A DNA stretch of 49,264 nucleotides. Origin: a virus. Lineage: Duplodnaviria > Caudoviricetes. The stretch covers positions 1 through 49,264 of IMG/VR virus record IMGVR_UViG_3300010398_000004. One strand, written 5' to 3'. Under the pieces are notes generated by a model. It did not search any database. It was not told where the DNA came from and was given only the letters and a program-made list of their open reading frames with translations. Both the position numbers and the translations under genes were made by a program. Shown piece by piece: positions 17,704 to 27,947 of the stretch. The stretch's first letter is position 1, and each line of letters opens with the position of its first letter.

Positions 17704-20700
17704 TTCTCAGCGCATTGTTTGCAGCGGCTATCTCCGGCCAGATGAGCCGCAGGATGGGCATCAGCAGCCCTACCGGCTGGACTTCCTTTCCCGGTACGGT
17801 AACAGTAACAGGCCCAGGCGGGCCGGTTACCGTGACCGCAGTCGATACGCAGGCCGTGCTTGCATATACGGCACCGGATGCATCGGCCTGTACGGTCGAA
17901 GTCAGCGAAAGCAACACGTATGCTCCGCTGGTGCGCGACGTGGACGCTGCCTTGTTCCCCGGCTCCAATCTGGACAGCCGCGCGGAAACGGCATCGAGTG
18001 GACTAGCCCGTCAATTCGTGCTCGGCAAACGAACCATACAACAGGCAAGCGACAACCGCTGGTATTCCCGCTCGCTGGCGAATAACACCACGCATTACTA
18101 TCGCGTGACCTGCGGAGCTACCATAAATACCGGCTCTTTCACTACGGCGAATATCCCGCTTGGCAGAACGTACAATGACCCGGTCATAGCAGATCAAAAT
18201 GGGATGGGACTCCGGCCAACATTATCCGCATCCGCCGGAATCCTCTCAGCCAATGATCCGACATCCGGTAACAAGCTATTTCTGATCGATGAGACGAATT
18301 GGTATAACGTCGGGTCAACCAGGGATAATCCTCAGGCCTACGGGCAAGTCGGGGGCGGCACCGGCTGGACTAATCCAGGCGGCATCATAGCTAATACCAG
18401 TCCAGCCACCACAACTAATCAAAACACGATATGGGTTCATAATCCGGCGGGTTGCTGCTCCAATGCCGTTTCCACCGGCCAAGCCTATACCGTTTCATTC
18501 TGGAACGACATCATTGCGGTATCCTGCACCGGCCCCACGTGCGCTTCTGACGGTTTCCGTTGGTGCCGCGTATCAAGCCTTCCGCCCCAGGGAGCTATCC
18601 CGGCAGCTTGCGAAGGTCCCTGGTATACCGAAACAGGGCTGACTGGAACGCTGACCGATAGAGTTTTGAAGACGAAGCTTACAGCGAATTCACCCGGCGA
18701 TACCGGATCTTATGGTGAATTTGGCGGGGGCAATTATGCCAATGGCTTTTCTAAAGGCCGTGTGTATACTGCTGCCTATCCCGCTACTCTCTTTAATCTT
18801 ACATCGGCTACCGATTGTTCATTTGTCTATCCGGGTACTACCTTCTTCAATCCGATTGACCGAGGTTCCTATCTGTATAACACGGTGGCTGACGTCAATT
18901 GCGCAACGCTTACCGGCCACTTTACAGCAACCACGGACTGGTCGGGCCAGGGCACATACGGGTATCCATTTTATTATTCGGTTGGCGGGCGTCCGGGTAT
19001 CCTGATCCAGAAGTTAACCAGCGATTCGAGCAATACTATAAGCTTCCAGAACGCCCGCGCACGCTGGGGCCTATATTATCCGTTCGACATCGGCAATACA
19101 TCCGCCGGATATTCAAAGATGTGCACTAAGCAGCCTGACGGAGAAGGCTGGTATCACTGCGTCAGCGACATGCCAAAGGACTGGCCCGTGGGAGTCTTTG
19201 CATACCGGGAGACTGCCGGGGCTCCGGAGTTCAGATTTCTCGGCGTTGCGCAATATCAGGCATGCCAGGGCACAGGCAGTTGCTCATCCACTACCCCGAT
19301 AGGGCAAGGAAACGCCGAGTGGTCCTGGAGCGACATCCTGGACACTTCAACTGCGACGGCCCGTCATGTGATGTATTTCAACTGTCTGGTGACGCAGGGC
19401 AATTATCCGGAGATATGCCGTGGCGTGCTGACCAGTAACAATTCCGTTCTTCCCGACTGGTCACAAAACGGGGAACAAATCAAAAATGTAGCCCTGTCGA
19501 TTTCATCGCTGACGCCGTGCAAGGTCATCGACGGAAGCGGGACTTGCGCCGATGCGAACCGTCAAGATCCGCTCAAGCAGGTAGCGGCGTTCGACTCCCA
19601 CTTTAATCCTCCTTTGTATAACGCCTGCTCGGTTGAGAACACCTCAGCCAATATGATCGATATCGTCTGCAAAGTGCAGCAGAATTCCATCGCTTATTGG
19701 GCGAAATTCGATGTGGGCAATCAGCAGCCTCTTGGCAGCGGCTATGTTGGCACCTATGGTAATACGCAACAGATCGTGGGCGGATATGAAGTAGCAACCA
19801 GAAAAGGCTCACGCTGGTGCGGATCACATGCATTTATGTCTTACCATGACGCCAACGTATCGGCAATGGAACTGCACGCCCCCGAACCGGCTACTTATAG
19901 ATTTAATCTGGTCAGTAATCTGGCATCATGTTCAAGCGGAGGCACCGGCTCCTGCGATCCCTGCACCGGAGTAACTTCGGTTGATGGGCTGATTTATACA
20001 GGAAAGAACTGGTGCGGAACGATAACTATCGAGTCTACCTCACTCTGGGATGTCGGAAGCTGGGGAGCCCTGCCATCGGGCTGGGTGGATGGTAACCCGG
20101 TAGCGAGCGGCATTGTCGGACATTGGCTGAAGGGGTATGACGGCAGTGGGGCGTTAAAGGTTTCAGACCGGCTTATTCTCGGTCTTAGCGACAGCTATGA
20201 GTATGCCAAAGTCGTTAAGGTTATCGATGGTCAGCACTACATGATTCACCGGGGATACGATCCGTCATTCGGTGCCGGGGGCGGGGGCGGCACCGTTCCG
20301 GCCATTACCGCCTCACCGGCATCACCGTGGCAGTCGCAGGCTTATTGCTCAGAGGCGATTCAAGCGCAGAACGGCCCTGAAATATATGACGTCTGGACCG
20401 GCATTACATGGTTCTGGCAAGCCGATCCGAACGGCTCAAGTTTCGGACCTTCTCAGCCCTTAGACCAGTCGAACAGACTGGATCATGCTTTTGCACGCAA
20501 CGGAAGACGCTCAGACCCAGGATACCGGCCCAGCCTTGCCCCGTTCGATACCCCGGCACATCTGGCGGATACCTCCTATGACACTGTAACCGAGATCAGC
20601 AACCAGTTCGCGGGGGCGCATGTAGCATGCGGCGGAAACGCCTGCGAAAAGCATCCGTCATATAACCAGACGGATGCGGCCAGCGGTGCCGATCAGAGAT

Positions 20701-21905
20701 TTTTTTTGGACATGCACCCCATCCAGGATACACAGCCTGGAATCACTGGCAGCTTTCCCTTCACTCAGATATCCGGCAATCTATGGAAGTATGGAAATAG
20801 CGATCCGTCAAACCCCAGCCGCTTGCCGTATTTGCATCCTCATATCACTCCTCTGATGGGTGCCACCGGTGCTGCCCGCTACTATCGCGATGTAAGCGGG
20901 CCTGGAGTAGTCATTGACGGCTCGGAAACATGGGACGGCACGATGTGTATCGCGCTGATTGCCGGAGAATGCACGGCGGCATCCGTGGCCGGGGATATCT
21001 ACTTCAACGCCGCGAATGATATGAGATGGAATACCTGTTTGGGCGCAGTGTCGTTTAATGCGCGTTACACCTGCATTTCGAATTCCATCGGTATCGGTGC
21101 TTCCGTGGATCAATGGTTCTTTCCGGCGACGGCTGGAACCACGTATTTGAACGGTTCGGCGGGCCGTACGTTATATCGCTGGCCCAGCGGCTTTTTCGGA
21201 TCTTCCACGGCTAATGCGAAGCCGTCTCCCGATGGTAAATACTGGTGGTCCGGAGATTCGAAAAGTTCGAACAAAATACCGCCAGCGCCTACAACATTGT
21301 TCGATGGCGTTGACCGGGCTAATTTCTGGACGGCTCCGATAAGCGTCCCGGTTATTGCCGGAGTTACAAACGCTATCGTGCGATTTGGATACGGACCCAC
21401 TCTCCGCTGCAACACGCGCAACGAAGTCTGTGTCGCGAATACCACCACAATCAATCAATCGTTTCCATATCTCTACCCGACTGAGGGCACTGGGCACGTA
21501 GAGACGGGCATAACCGGCGTCTCGTGCGCTTCCGGCTGCACGGTGGCCGTGCCGGTCATTCCGGGGCGCATCCTCTATTACCAGTATGTCGCTAGAGACG
21601 CATCAAACGCCACGGTGAGTACGGGACCGCTTAAAGTATATGTAGCCGATGACAGCACACACGCTGTGGTCCTGGCATGGGTCGCGAGCACTACACCCGG
21701 CATCACCACTTATAATGTTTACCGCGCGAGCATGTCAGGCGGATATGGTACTGCCTTGGCGACGGTGTCGGATACAATCTATGGGGATCATACGGTTACA
21801 CCCGGTCAGACCTACTACTATGTTGTCAGAGCCGTAGATCCGACAGATCCGGCTAACCTGAGCGATCCTTCTAACGAGGTGACAGCCACCGTGCCATCGG
21901 GCTAG
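17685..21905 (+). CDS. Large Cys-rich adhesin-like protein with signal peptide and C-terminal fibronectin type III domain
   Basis: MQLRLVILSALFAAAISG|Q; 36 Cys counted by eye; V.LAW.AS....YNVYR......D.TV..GQTYYYVVRAVD...S..SNEV. Confidence 0.85.
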   Translation: MQLRLVILSALFAAAISGQMSRRMGISSPTGWTSFPGTVTVTGPGGPVTVTAVDTQAVLAYTAPDASACTVEVSESNTYAPLVRDVDAALFPGSNLDSRAETASSGLARQFVLGKRTIQQASDNRWYSRSLANNTTHYYRVTCGATINTGSFTTANIPLGRTYNDPVIADQNGMGLRPTLSASAGILSANDPTSGNKLFLIDETNWYNVGSTRDNPQAYGQVGGGTGWTNPGGIIANTSPATTTNQNTIWVHNPAGCCSNAVSTGQAYTVSFWNDIIAVSCTGPTCASDGFRWCRVSSLPPQGAIPAACEGPWYTETGLTGTLTDRVLKTKLTANSPGDTGSYGEFGGGNYANGFSKGRVYTAAYPATLFNLTSATDCSFVYPGTTFFNPIDRGSYLYNTVADVNCATLTGHFTATTDWSGQGTYGYPFYYSVGGRPGILIQKLTSDSSNTISFQNARARWGLYYPFDIGNTSAGYSKMCTKQPDGEGWYHCVSDMPKDWPVGVFAYRETAGAPEFRFLGVAQYQACQGTGSCSSTTPIGQGNAEWSWSDILDTSTATARHVMYFNCLVTQGNYPEICRGVLTSNNSVLPDWSQNGEQIKNVALSISSLTPCKVIDGSGTCADANRQDPLKQVAAFDSHFNPPLYNACSVENTSANMIDIVCKVQQNSIAYWAKFDVGNQQPLGSGYVGTYGNTQQIVGGYEVATRKGSRWCGSHAFMSYHDANVSAMELHAPEPATYRFNLVSNLASCSSGGTGSCDPCTGVTSVDGLIYTGKNWCGTITIESTSLWDVGSWGALPSGWVDGNPVASGIVGHWLKGYDGSGALKVSDRLILGLSDSYEYAKVVKVIDGQHYMIHRGYDPSFGAGGGGGTVPAITASPASPWQSQAYCSEAIQAQNGPEIYDVWTGITWFWQADPNGSSFGPSQPLDQSNRLDHAFARNGRRSDPGYRPSLAPFDTPAHLADTSYDTVTEISNQFAGAHVACGGNACEKHPSYNQTDAASGADQRFFLDMHPIQDTQPGITGSFPFTQISGNLWKYGNSDPSNPSRLPYLHPHITPLMGATGAARYYRDVSGPGVVIDGSETWDGTMCIALIAGECTAASVAGDIYFNAANDMRWNTCLGAVSFNARYTCISNSIGIGASVDQWFFPATAGTTYLNGSAGRTLYRWPSGFFGSSTANAKPSPDGKYWWSGDSKSSNKIPPAPTTLFDGVDRANFWTAPISVPVIAGVTNAIVRFGYGPTLRCNTRNEVCVANTTTINQSFPYLYPTEGTGHVETGITGVSCASGCTVAVPVIPGRILYYQYVARDASNATVSTGPLKVYVADDSTHAVVLAWVASTTPGITTYNVYRASMSGGYGTALATVSDTIYGDHTVTPGQTYYYVVRAVDPTDPANLSDPSNEVTATVPSG

Positions 21906-22606
21906 CCGCGATGTAGCTTTATTATGCCGATTACCATTAAGCCCACGAAGCACAGCAGACTCGGCTCCGGAGCCGGATTCAACTGGTCGATAGAGGTGTA
22001 AGTTGTAATCAGGTTGAGATTCATGTCATAGACCCAGATTGGTGCGCGTACAGACGAGGATGTTGACAAGTACGGCAGATCTCCCAGTGGGGGAAACGGT
22101 AGACCGCATTCTGAGCAACCGGCGAATGCCGATAGCGTGATGGTGAAAGGCTCATCGTAGGTGAAACGGTAGAGGCTTCCTTGATGAGGACCCAGAAACT
22201 GCCCTATCAGTCCGGTACTCCTGAAGGATGCCTGTCCGACCCCATTAAAACCGGAGTCAAACCGGAAGAATTCGAGCAGCCCGTCTGTACCCGTTGGGCC
22301 GGGGACGGCTAATTTCACGGAAACGTCAGCCGTGGCGGTTTGCTGCAAGCAAAAACTGATGGCAGTGCACTCGCCAAAGACATCGGCTTCCGCGCGAATC
22401 AAATCAAACATAGCTGAGGTCCCCGCGATAGCTCGCGCCGCCCCGCCACCAAGGCCATTGGGGGTGCTGGAGGCGGTCATGCAGGTGATTGTCGGGGTTG
22501 TGCTCGAATCGCTACAGGTCCCGTCCAATTCGGAGCGGGTGCTTACGGTGAAGCTGTTTGCGGCCAGAACGGCTGGGAAGAGCAGGAGAAGCAGTGGTTT
22601 CAACAT
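21902..22606 (-). CDS. PEP-CTERM sorting-domain surface protein (moron)
   Basis: Signal peptide MLKPLLLLLFPAVLAA; C-terminal APEPS + hydrophobic TM + KLHRG; antisense to virion genes. Confidence 0.85.
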   Translation of the reverse strand: MLKPLLLLLFPAVLAANSFTVSTRSELDGTCSDSSTTPTITCMTASSTPNGLGGGAARAIAGTSAMFDLIRAEADVFGECTAISFCLQQTATADVSVKLAVPGPTGTDGLLEFFRFDSGFNGVGQASFRSTGLIGQFLGPHQGSLYRFTYDEPFTITLSAFAGCSECGLPFPPLGDLPYLSTSSSVRAPIWVYDMNLNLITTYTSIDQLNPAPEPSLLCFVGLMVIGIIKLHRG

Positions 22607-22628
22607 GGTGGCAATTCTACACCGGAAT

Positions 22629-22656
22629 TAAGCCTCGTGCACCTTGCTGGCGATAA
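22629..22656 (+). promoter_or_regulatory. sigma28-type late promoter 4 (tail operon)
   Basis: TAAG-N16-GGCGATAA. Confidence 0.82.
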
Positions 22657-22677
22657 GGAGGCGAGCAGTGGTGTGCC

Positions 22678-23562
22678 ATGACGTATGGACAAGTCAAATT
22701 CCGCCTCACGAAGGCGTTTCCAGGCATCGATTCCGACCTCATCGAAGGCGCGGTTGCGGATTCCTATTCCGAGATCCTGAGCGAGCTACCGTGGCGCAGG
22801 CTCCAGATGAGCGCCGTGCTGCAAACCACGGCTCCGTACCAGACCGGCACGGTGACAATGACCAGCGGATCGACGGGCGTCACCGGTTCCGGAACCTTCT
22901 TTAATTCCCTCCAGTCGGGCCTCACGTTCCGCGTCGCGGGCCGTCCGGAGTTCTACGAGTTCGCCTATGCCACGTCCACCAGCGGTTTGCTGGACCGGCC
23001 TTATGAGGGCACTACGGGGCCGGGGCAAAGCTATTCCATCACGCAGCAGATCTACCCCCTGCCTCCCGATTGCCGGATGCTGGAAGACGACGCGTTCGCC
23101 AACTTCACCCTGGGAGAACTGCGGCGCATCTCTCACGGACAACTGAATATTTCCGACCCCTCCCGTTCCGCAACCGGTATCCCCATGTATTGGAGCGATT
23201 ACATGGACGACAGCAGCGATCCGCCCCGCATGCAGGTGGAACTCTACCCCCCTCCCGATTCGGTGATGGCTATTCCTTTTGTGTACTTCGCGGAAAAACC
23301 CACACTAGTGGGTGCCGCCACCAGCCTCACCCTCCTGCCTTGGATTCTGCCATCCGCTCTGATCGAATTGGCTTCAGCCAAAATCGTGCGGCACATGGCG
23401 AAAGCAAATCTCTCCCTCTTGCCGTTGGCCGAGTCTCATGTCGCCGCGCACAACAACGCCATGCGGAACATGCGTGTGTGGGAATCGCAGGGCATGCAGC
23501 CTACCCAGATGCGGGTAGGAGACTACTACACGAGCTATCGCTCCGAACGGTGGTCGCGGTGA
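22678..23562 (+). CDS. Head-tail adaptor/tail tubular protein A-like, with inserted TGTVT...TGSGT beta domain
   Basis: MTYGQ..., YPLP.D, G.P..W, ELYP.PD motifs. Confidence 0.7.
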   Translation: MTYGQVKFRLTKAFPGIDSDLIEGAVADSYSEILSELPWRRLQMSAVLQTTAPYQTGTVTMTSGSTGVTGSGTFFNSLQSGLTFRVAGRPEFYEFAYATSTSGLLDRPYEGTTGPGQSYSITQQIYPLPPDCRMLEDDAFANFTLGELRRISHGQLNISDPSRSATGIPMYWSDYMDDSSDPPRMQVELYPPPDSVMAIPFVYFAEKPTLVGAATSLTLLPWILPSALIELASAKIVRHMAKANLSLLPLAESHVAAHNNAMRNMRVWESQGMQPTQMRVGDYYTSYRSERWSR

Positions 23563-24266
23563 CGGCTGGGGAAATCAGCGACCGCATCGTAGCGCGTCTC
23601 GATGACAGCGTCTCGGCTCCCGGCTCCGTCATCGCGACCACCCATCCCCCGCCCGAAGTCTTGATGGCGATCAACGAAGCGCAGGAGCTTTTTGCCCTCA
23701 TGACGCTGTGCCTCGAAACTACGCTCACGCTCACGCTCACGGCTTACTCCACGTTTGTGAACATCTCTACGACATTGCCGGATTATCTGGTGCCGCTGCG
23801 TTTGTCCACTGGCGCGGGGCGCGTCAGGCCCGCCACGCTGGCGGATCTGGACGCGGAGAACACTTCCTGGCAGGCCACCAGCGGAACTCCGCTGCGGTAT
23901 GCAACGCTGGGATTCAATCTGCTGATAGTCACTCCCCAGCCTACGGCTGACACGTCGTCCACGTTCCGCTACGCGCGTTCTCCGCTGCGCCTCGTCAACG
24001 ATACGGACGTGCCGGAGATTCCTCTGGAATTCCACCAATGTCTGGCGGATTACGGAGTCTATCGCGTCAAGCTGAAAGAAGGAGGACAACAATTACAGCG
24101 CGGCATGAAGTATCTGAACGCCTTCATGGATGAGGCTACGCGTTTCGGCAACTATGTTCGCCAGCGGTCGCTCGCGGCGCGGCTGGACACCCTGCCGTTC
24201 GAACTGGCGCTGTATGACAGATCCCGCCTGATCAATAAAGTAATCCAGCGGGCGTCGATTCCATGA
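23559..24266 (+). CDS. Head-tail adaptor paralogue 2
   Basis: GTGA overlap; AINEAQ, W....GTP..Y, P.P, D.PEIP.EFH..L..Y. Confidence 0.72.
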   Translation: MTAGEISDRIVARLDDSVSAPGSVIATTHPPPEVLMAINEAQELFALMTLCLETTLTLTLTAYSTFVNISTTLPDYLVPLRLSTGAGRVRPATLADLDAENTSWQATSGTPLRYATLGFNLLIVTPQPTADTSSTFRYARSPLRLVNDTDVPEIPLEFHQCLADYGVYRVKLKEGGQQLQRGMKYLNAFMDEATRFGNYVRQRSLAARLDTLPFELALYDRSRLINKVIQRASIP

Positions 24267-24889
24267 TCAATGTTACTCAAGTTGTCGATGAACTGCTGCC
24301 TTCGCTGCATGCGGCCACCCGCGCCGAGTTAGTCTTCTGGACCGAGACTGACTTACTGCAATGGGTGGACGAAGCAGCCAAGCGGCTCTCGCGCGTAGCT
24401 TACTGCTTCATCGAGCGGGATACAGCCACCACCACCGTGCTGGGCCAGACTAGATATCCGCTGCCCGCCCGGCATGTAACTACTCTGCATGTCAGTTATG
24501 GGATGACGCCGATACGGCCATCGGGAATTCTCGAACTGGAGATGCGCGATTCGGTCTTCGGCATGACGCAGGGCACGCCCGATCATTGGTTCGAGGATTT
24601 GCAAGCGGGGGCGCAAATCGGGCTTTCGCCCGTGCCCAATGTGATTTCGAGCATTCCCATCATCTTCGCGGCCTATCCTCCGGAGATCAATATCGGCAAC
24701 CAGCAGCTATCCGCGCCGGTCCCGCTCAAAGGTTATCTGGCGATGAGCGTTCTGGAGCAGGCTTACAAGCGCGAGGGTGAGATGGAGGAGGCCGATGTCG
24801 CGGCGCATTGCATGGCGCGGCGGCAGATGTACGAGCAGATTCTGAGTAATTACTACGGAGGCATGGAAAGTGGCGTACCGCCTAAATGA
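24263..24889 (+). CDS. Head-tail adaptor paralogue 3
   Basis: FW....L..WVDEA, Y.LP, GTP..W, L.PVP. Confidence 0.72.
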   Translation: MINVTQVVDELLPSLHAATRAELVFWTETDLLQWVDEAAKRLSRVAYCFIERDTATTTVLGQTRYPLPARHVTTLHVSYGMTPIRPSGILELEMRDSVFGMTQGTPDHWFEDLQAGAQIGLSPVPNVISSIPIIFAAYPPEINIGNQQLSAPVPLKGYLAMSVLEQAYKREGEMEEADVAAHCMARRQMYEQILSNYYGGMESGVPPK

Positions 24890-27074
24890 ACTTAAGATCG
24901 TGCCCACCGGGCTCAACCTGCTTGCCCCCGTCGATCAGATCGCGCCGGGAGATTGCCTTGACTTATTCGGATTGTGGCCGGGTAGCGCGGGGCGTGTCGA
25001 GGTTGCGCCTCCGGCGGTCCAGGTATCGGCGGCATCCCCGGCTGACTGTCATACCGTCTACGACGCTGGCGGGCGCATTTATTACGCGGACATAGGAAAT
25101 CTCCGGCAGGTAGGACGGGCCGGTGAAGCGCCTATCGACAGCGGATACGACGGCTATCCTCTGGGCCTCATCAGCTATCAGGGATACGTCTGGATCATCA
25201 ACAGAAGCCAGCAGCGTAAGGACGATGGGACATCGATGAGTAATTGGACGCAGCCTGTACCGGCTGCGCCGCTCCTGACCGATGGCGGCACCAATGGAGC
25301 CGGGTTATTGCCTCCCGTCAACAATCCTCCGGAAGTAGGCGGGCTCCAGGCGCAGGCCTATCTGTATTACATCACGTGGGTCGGGCCTACTGGAGAGACA
25401 AATCCTTCGCCAGCGGGAACTATTACGCCTGCCGTCAACGGCAGCATCGTGCGGGTAGCGCTGCCCAGCCTAGCGCCGGGACCGTGGGTAAAGGGATGGA
25501 ATATCTACCGCCGCAGTCCCACTTTCAGTGCGCCCTACAGGCTGAACGAAAACGTAATCGAGATCACGCGCCCGTATGTGGACGACTACGGCAACAGCGT
25601 GCATGCCCACGATGACGACCAATTATTGCAACTCGGCATCATCATGGAGGCAGACCACGATCCGGCACCAGCGGCTCGCATCATAGGCAATCAGATCTAC
25701 AACGGGCGCATCATAGTTGCCAATAGCCTCCAGCATCCCAATCGCATCTGGTATACGCAGCCGCTGCAACCGGCATTTTTCCGGGGCGCGGCCAACGAGA
25801 ACGACGGCGACTGGGTGGACATCGGGACCGATTCGGGCGATGAGATCCTGGCGCTTTCCTGCCGTCCCAACTTCGTCATCGTCTACCGCGCCAAATCCAT
25901 CTGGAGGCACTACGGCGACTTCGGCAGCGACACGGCACGCATCGAAGTAGTAGTGCCGGAGATGGGAATCGTGGGGCCTCGTGCAGTGGCATGCACCTCT
26001 ACCGCCGATTACTTCCGTGGGCCGGAGGGAATCTACCAGTTCAACTTCGACTGGGCGAAAAAAATATCCGCCAAGATCGATACCGTATTTCGCGGGATCA
26101 GTTCCGAGAATTATATTGCCGAACAGGATAAGCAGTGGTGCGCTCTCGGAGTCAACAACGGCAGGCTCTGGGTTTCTTACCACACCAGCGGCGGCATGAC
26201 GCCGATCAACTATCACCTGGAGTCCGACCGCTGGTTCGGCGGCGCGGGGTTATCCGGATACTTCGCGTTCGCTATCTCCAGCAACGGCCTGCTGGCTGCG
26301 GGCAACGGAGTTTACAGACTCGAGTCCGGTACAGGTTCTAATCCTATCGGATTCCAGACGGCCTATGAGGATTGCGGTTATCCCGATCATGAAAAGACAT
26401 TCGCTGACTTAGTGCTGAGTTATAAGACCGGCGGCAATAATCTGGATATCATCATCCGCACTAATAAGCTTACTAATAACTCGACCGACACTTTTACCCT
26501 GGCGACGATCAACTCCAGTGCTCGAACCAAGCAGATAATTCCGCTGGTCTATCCGGCCACATACGTCACAACTGCGCTGCGGGGGCTTCCCATCCGCGCC
26601 TATAACATATCGATTCGGATCACCGGGGGTGCGCCTGCGGGACCACCCGCCGGTCCTTCGTATATCGACAGCCCTATTCTGCTGCATTACTACCTGGAGG
26701 CGCGGCGCGGCAAGTCCTGGGATACCGATGAAACGGAGCAGGCCATTGTGGGGATGAAAGAGATTGACCAAGTGGAGTTCGACATCGACGCCACCGATGG
26801 GGCTGCTACGCTGCAAGTCTACAGCGATACGCCGGGTGGCATCATGACTGCGCGATTAGCCGGGGGGCAGGCAATAGCCGCGACCACGGGGCGGCAATCG
26901 CGGCGCATGAATCTCTCGGCGGTAGTCGATGGCAAACTGCTGCGTTACCAGATAACCACGGCCACCGATTTTCAGTTGTATGCGGCGCGTGCCAGAGTGC
27001 TGCCGATTGGTGTTTATCTGGATAGCTCGCTCAGTGATTTCTGGCAACCTACGCCTATCTCGATTGGAGTATGA
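24870..27074 (+). CDS. Tail nozzle/stabilisation protein (P22 gp10 / T7 gp12-like)
   Basis: GLN N-terminus, beta-propeller-like repeats (NRIWY.., G.V...AV, GIY.F....KIS.KI), inserted Y.Y.ITWV...GET.PSP domain. Confidence 0.75.
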   Translation: MAYRLNELKIVPTGLNLLAPVDQIAPGDCLDLFGLWPGSAGRVEVAPPAVQVSAASPADCHTVYDAGGRIYYADIGNLRQVGRAGEAPIDSGYDGYPLGLISYQGYVWIINRSQQRKDDGTSMSNWTQPVPAAPLLTDGGTNGAGLLPPVNNPPEVGGLQAQAYLYYITWVGPTGETNPSPAGTITPAVNGSIVRVALPSLAPGPWVKGWNIYRRSPTFSAPYRLNENVIEITRPYVDDYGNSVHAHDDDQLLQLGIIMEADHDPAPAARIIGNQIYNGRIIVANSLQHPNRIWYTQPLQPAFFRGAANENDGDWVDIGTDSGDEILALSCRPNFVIVYRAKSIWRHYGDFGSDTARIEVVVPEMGIVGPRAVACTSTADYFRGPEGIYQFNFDWAKKISAKIDTVFRGISSENYIAEQDKQWCALGVNNGRLWVSYHTSGGMTPINYHLESDRWFGGAGLSGYFAFAISSNGLLAAGNGVYRLESGTGSNPIGFQTAYEDCGYPDHEKTFADLVLSYKTGGNNLDIIIRTNKLTNNSTDTFTLATINSSARTKQIIPLVYPATYVTTALRGLPIRAYNISIRITGGAPAGPPAGPSYIDSPILLHYYLEARRGKSWDTDETEQAIVGMKEIDQVEFDIDATDGAATLQVYSDTPGGIMTARLAGGQAIAATTGRQSRRMNLSAVVDGKLLRYQITTATDFQLYAARARVLPIGVYLDSSLSDFWQPTPISIGV

Positions 27075-27075
27075 C

Positions 27076-27435
27076 ATGGCATTCCGCAAAGTAGCGCAGT
27101 TCAAGGAAATGAGTTTAGAGTATGTCAGCCCCGATGGGCCGGGGACAGCGAGGTTCTTTACTGACTTACCGGGCGGGATATTGACGGAGCGTACCGGCGG
27201 CAAGCCGATGGCGCAAACGAACACAAACAAAGCGCCCGCCACAATCACGATTCCGCTCAATGATGCGTTTGGTGCGCCGCTGGAAGGCACCCTGTATTAT
27301 CCGCGCGTGGAGCCGCCAACCGCTGGAGCGCTGCAACTGCGGTCAGGTGTCGTCTGGTACAGGACGATTGGCGTTTATCTCTCCGGTCCCGCAGGGGAAT
27401 TTTTCGAAACGGCTCCTATCAGTATCGGTGTGTAA
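27076..27435 (+). CDS. Tail protein, paralogous to C-terminal domain of the nozzle
   Basis: Shares D.PGGI.T.R and IGVYL....F...PISIGV with the end of 24870..27074. Confidence 0.7.
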   Translation: MAFRKVAQFKEMSLEYVSPDGPGTARFFTDLPGGILTERTGGKPMAQTNTNKAPATITIPLNDAFGAPLEGTLYYPRVEPPTAGALQLRSGVVWYRTIGVYLSGPAGEFFETAPISIGV

Positions 27436-27947
27436 TGGGTTTTGAAAAGGTCGCATTATTCGGCTTGCTCGACCTCGACATGGAGTGCACGGGGTCCGTG
27501 ACGATTACATTGTGGACGGATCTTCCCGGCAATGCCCTCGCGGTGCGCGAGACACACCAGATTGGAGCCGCCTTCTCACGATCCATACGGCGATTCCGCT
27601 TGCTGGGAACAACCAAGGGCCATTTGTACAAGTTGAGAGTGCAGCCCGATGCGGCCTCCACTCTGCGGCTGTACCGGGCTCGGATCTGGGCGCGTTCGCT
27701 ACCCGGCACCGTCTGGGCGTGGTATGTGGTGCCGGTCATTTCCACGCCCGATGAATGGGTGGCAAAAGCTCTCCCCATCCCTGGATTGAGCGAGTGGGGA
27801 GCGCATGTGCTCCCGATACCGCAGATGGGCGAATTCGCGCCCGTCAAGCTGCCGATACCGGATATGGGCGACTGGGGAGCCAGTAAGCTGCCGATTCAGC
27901 CTACGCCCGAATTCCCGCAATGGGTGGAGTTGCAGGTAGACCAGTGA
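27435..27947 (+). CDS. Tail protein, third copy of the domain plus W/F...LPIP repeats
   Basis: TDLPG, G.LY..RV.P; four (W/F)xxxxLPI repeats. Confidence 0.7.
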   Translation: MGFEKVALFGLLDLDMECTGSVTITLWTDLPGNALAVRETHQIGAAFSRSIRRFRLLGTTKGHLYKLRVQPDAASTLRLYRARIWARSLPGTVWAWYVVPVISTPDEWVAKALPIPGLSEWGAHVLPIPQMGEFAPVKLPIPDMGDWGASKLPIQPTPEFPQWVELQVDQ

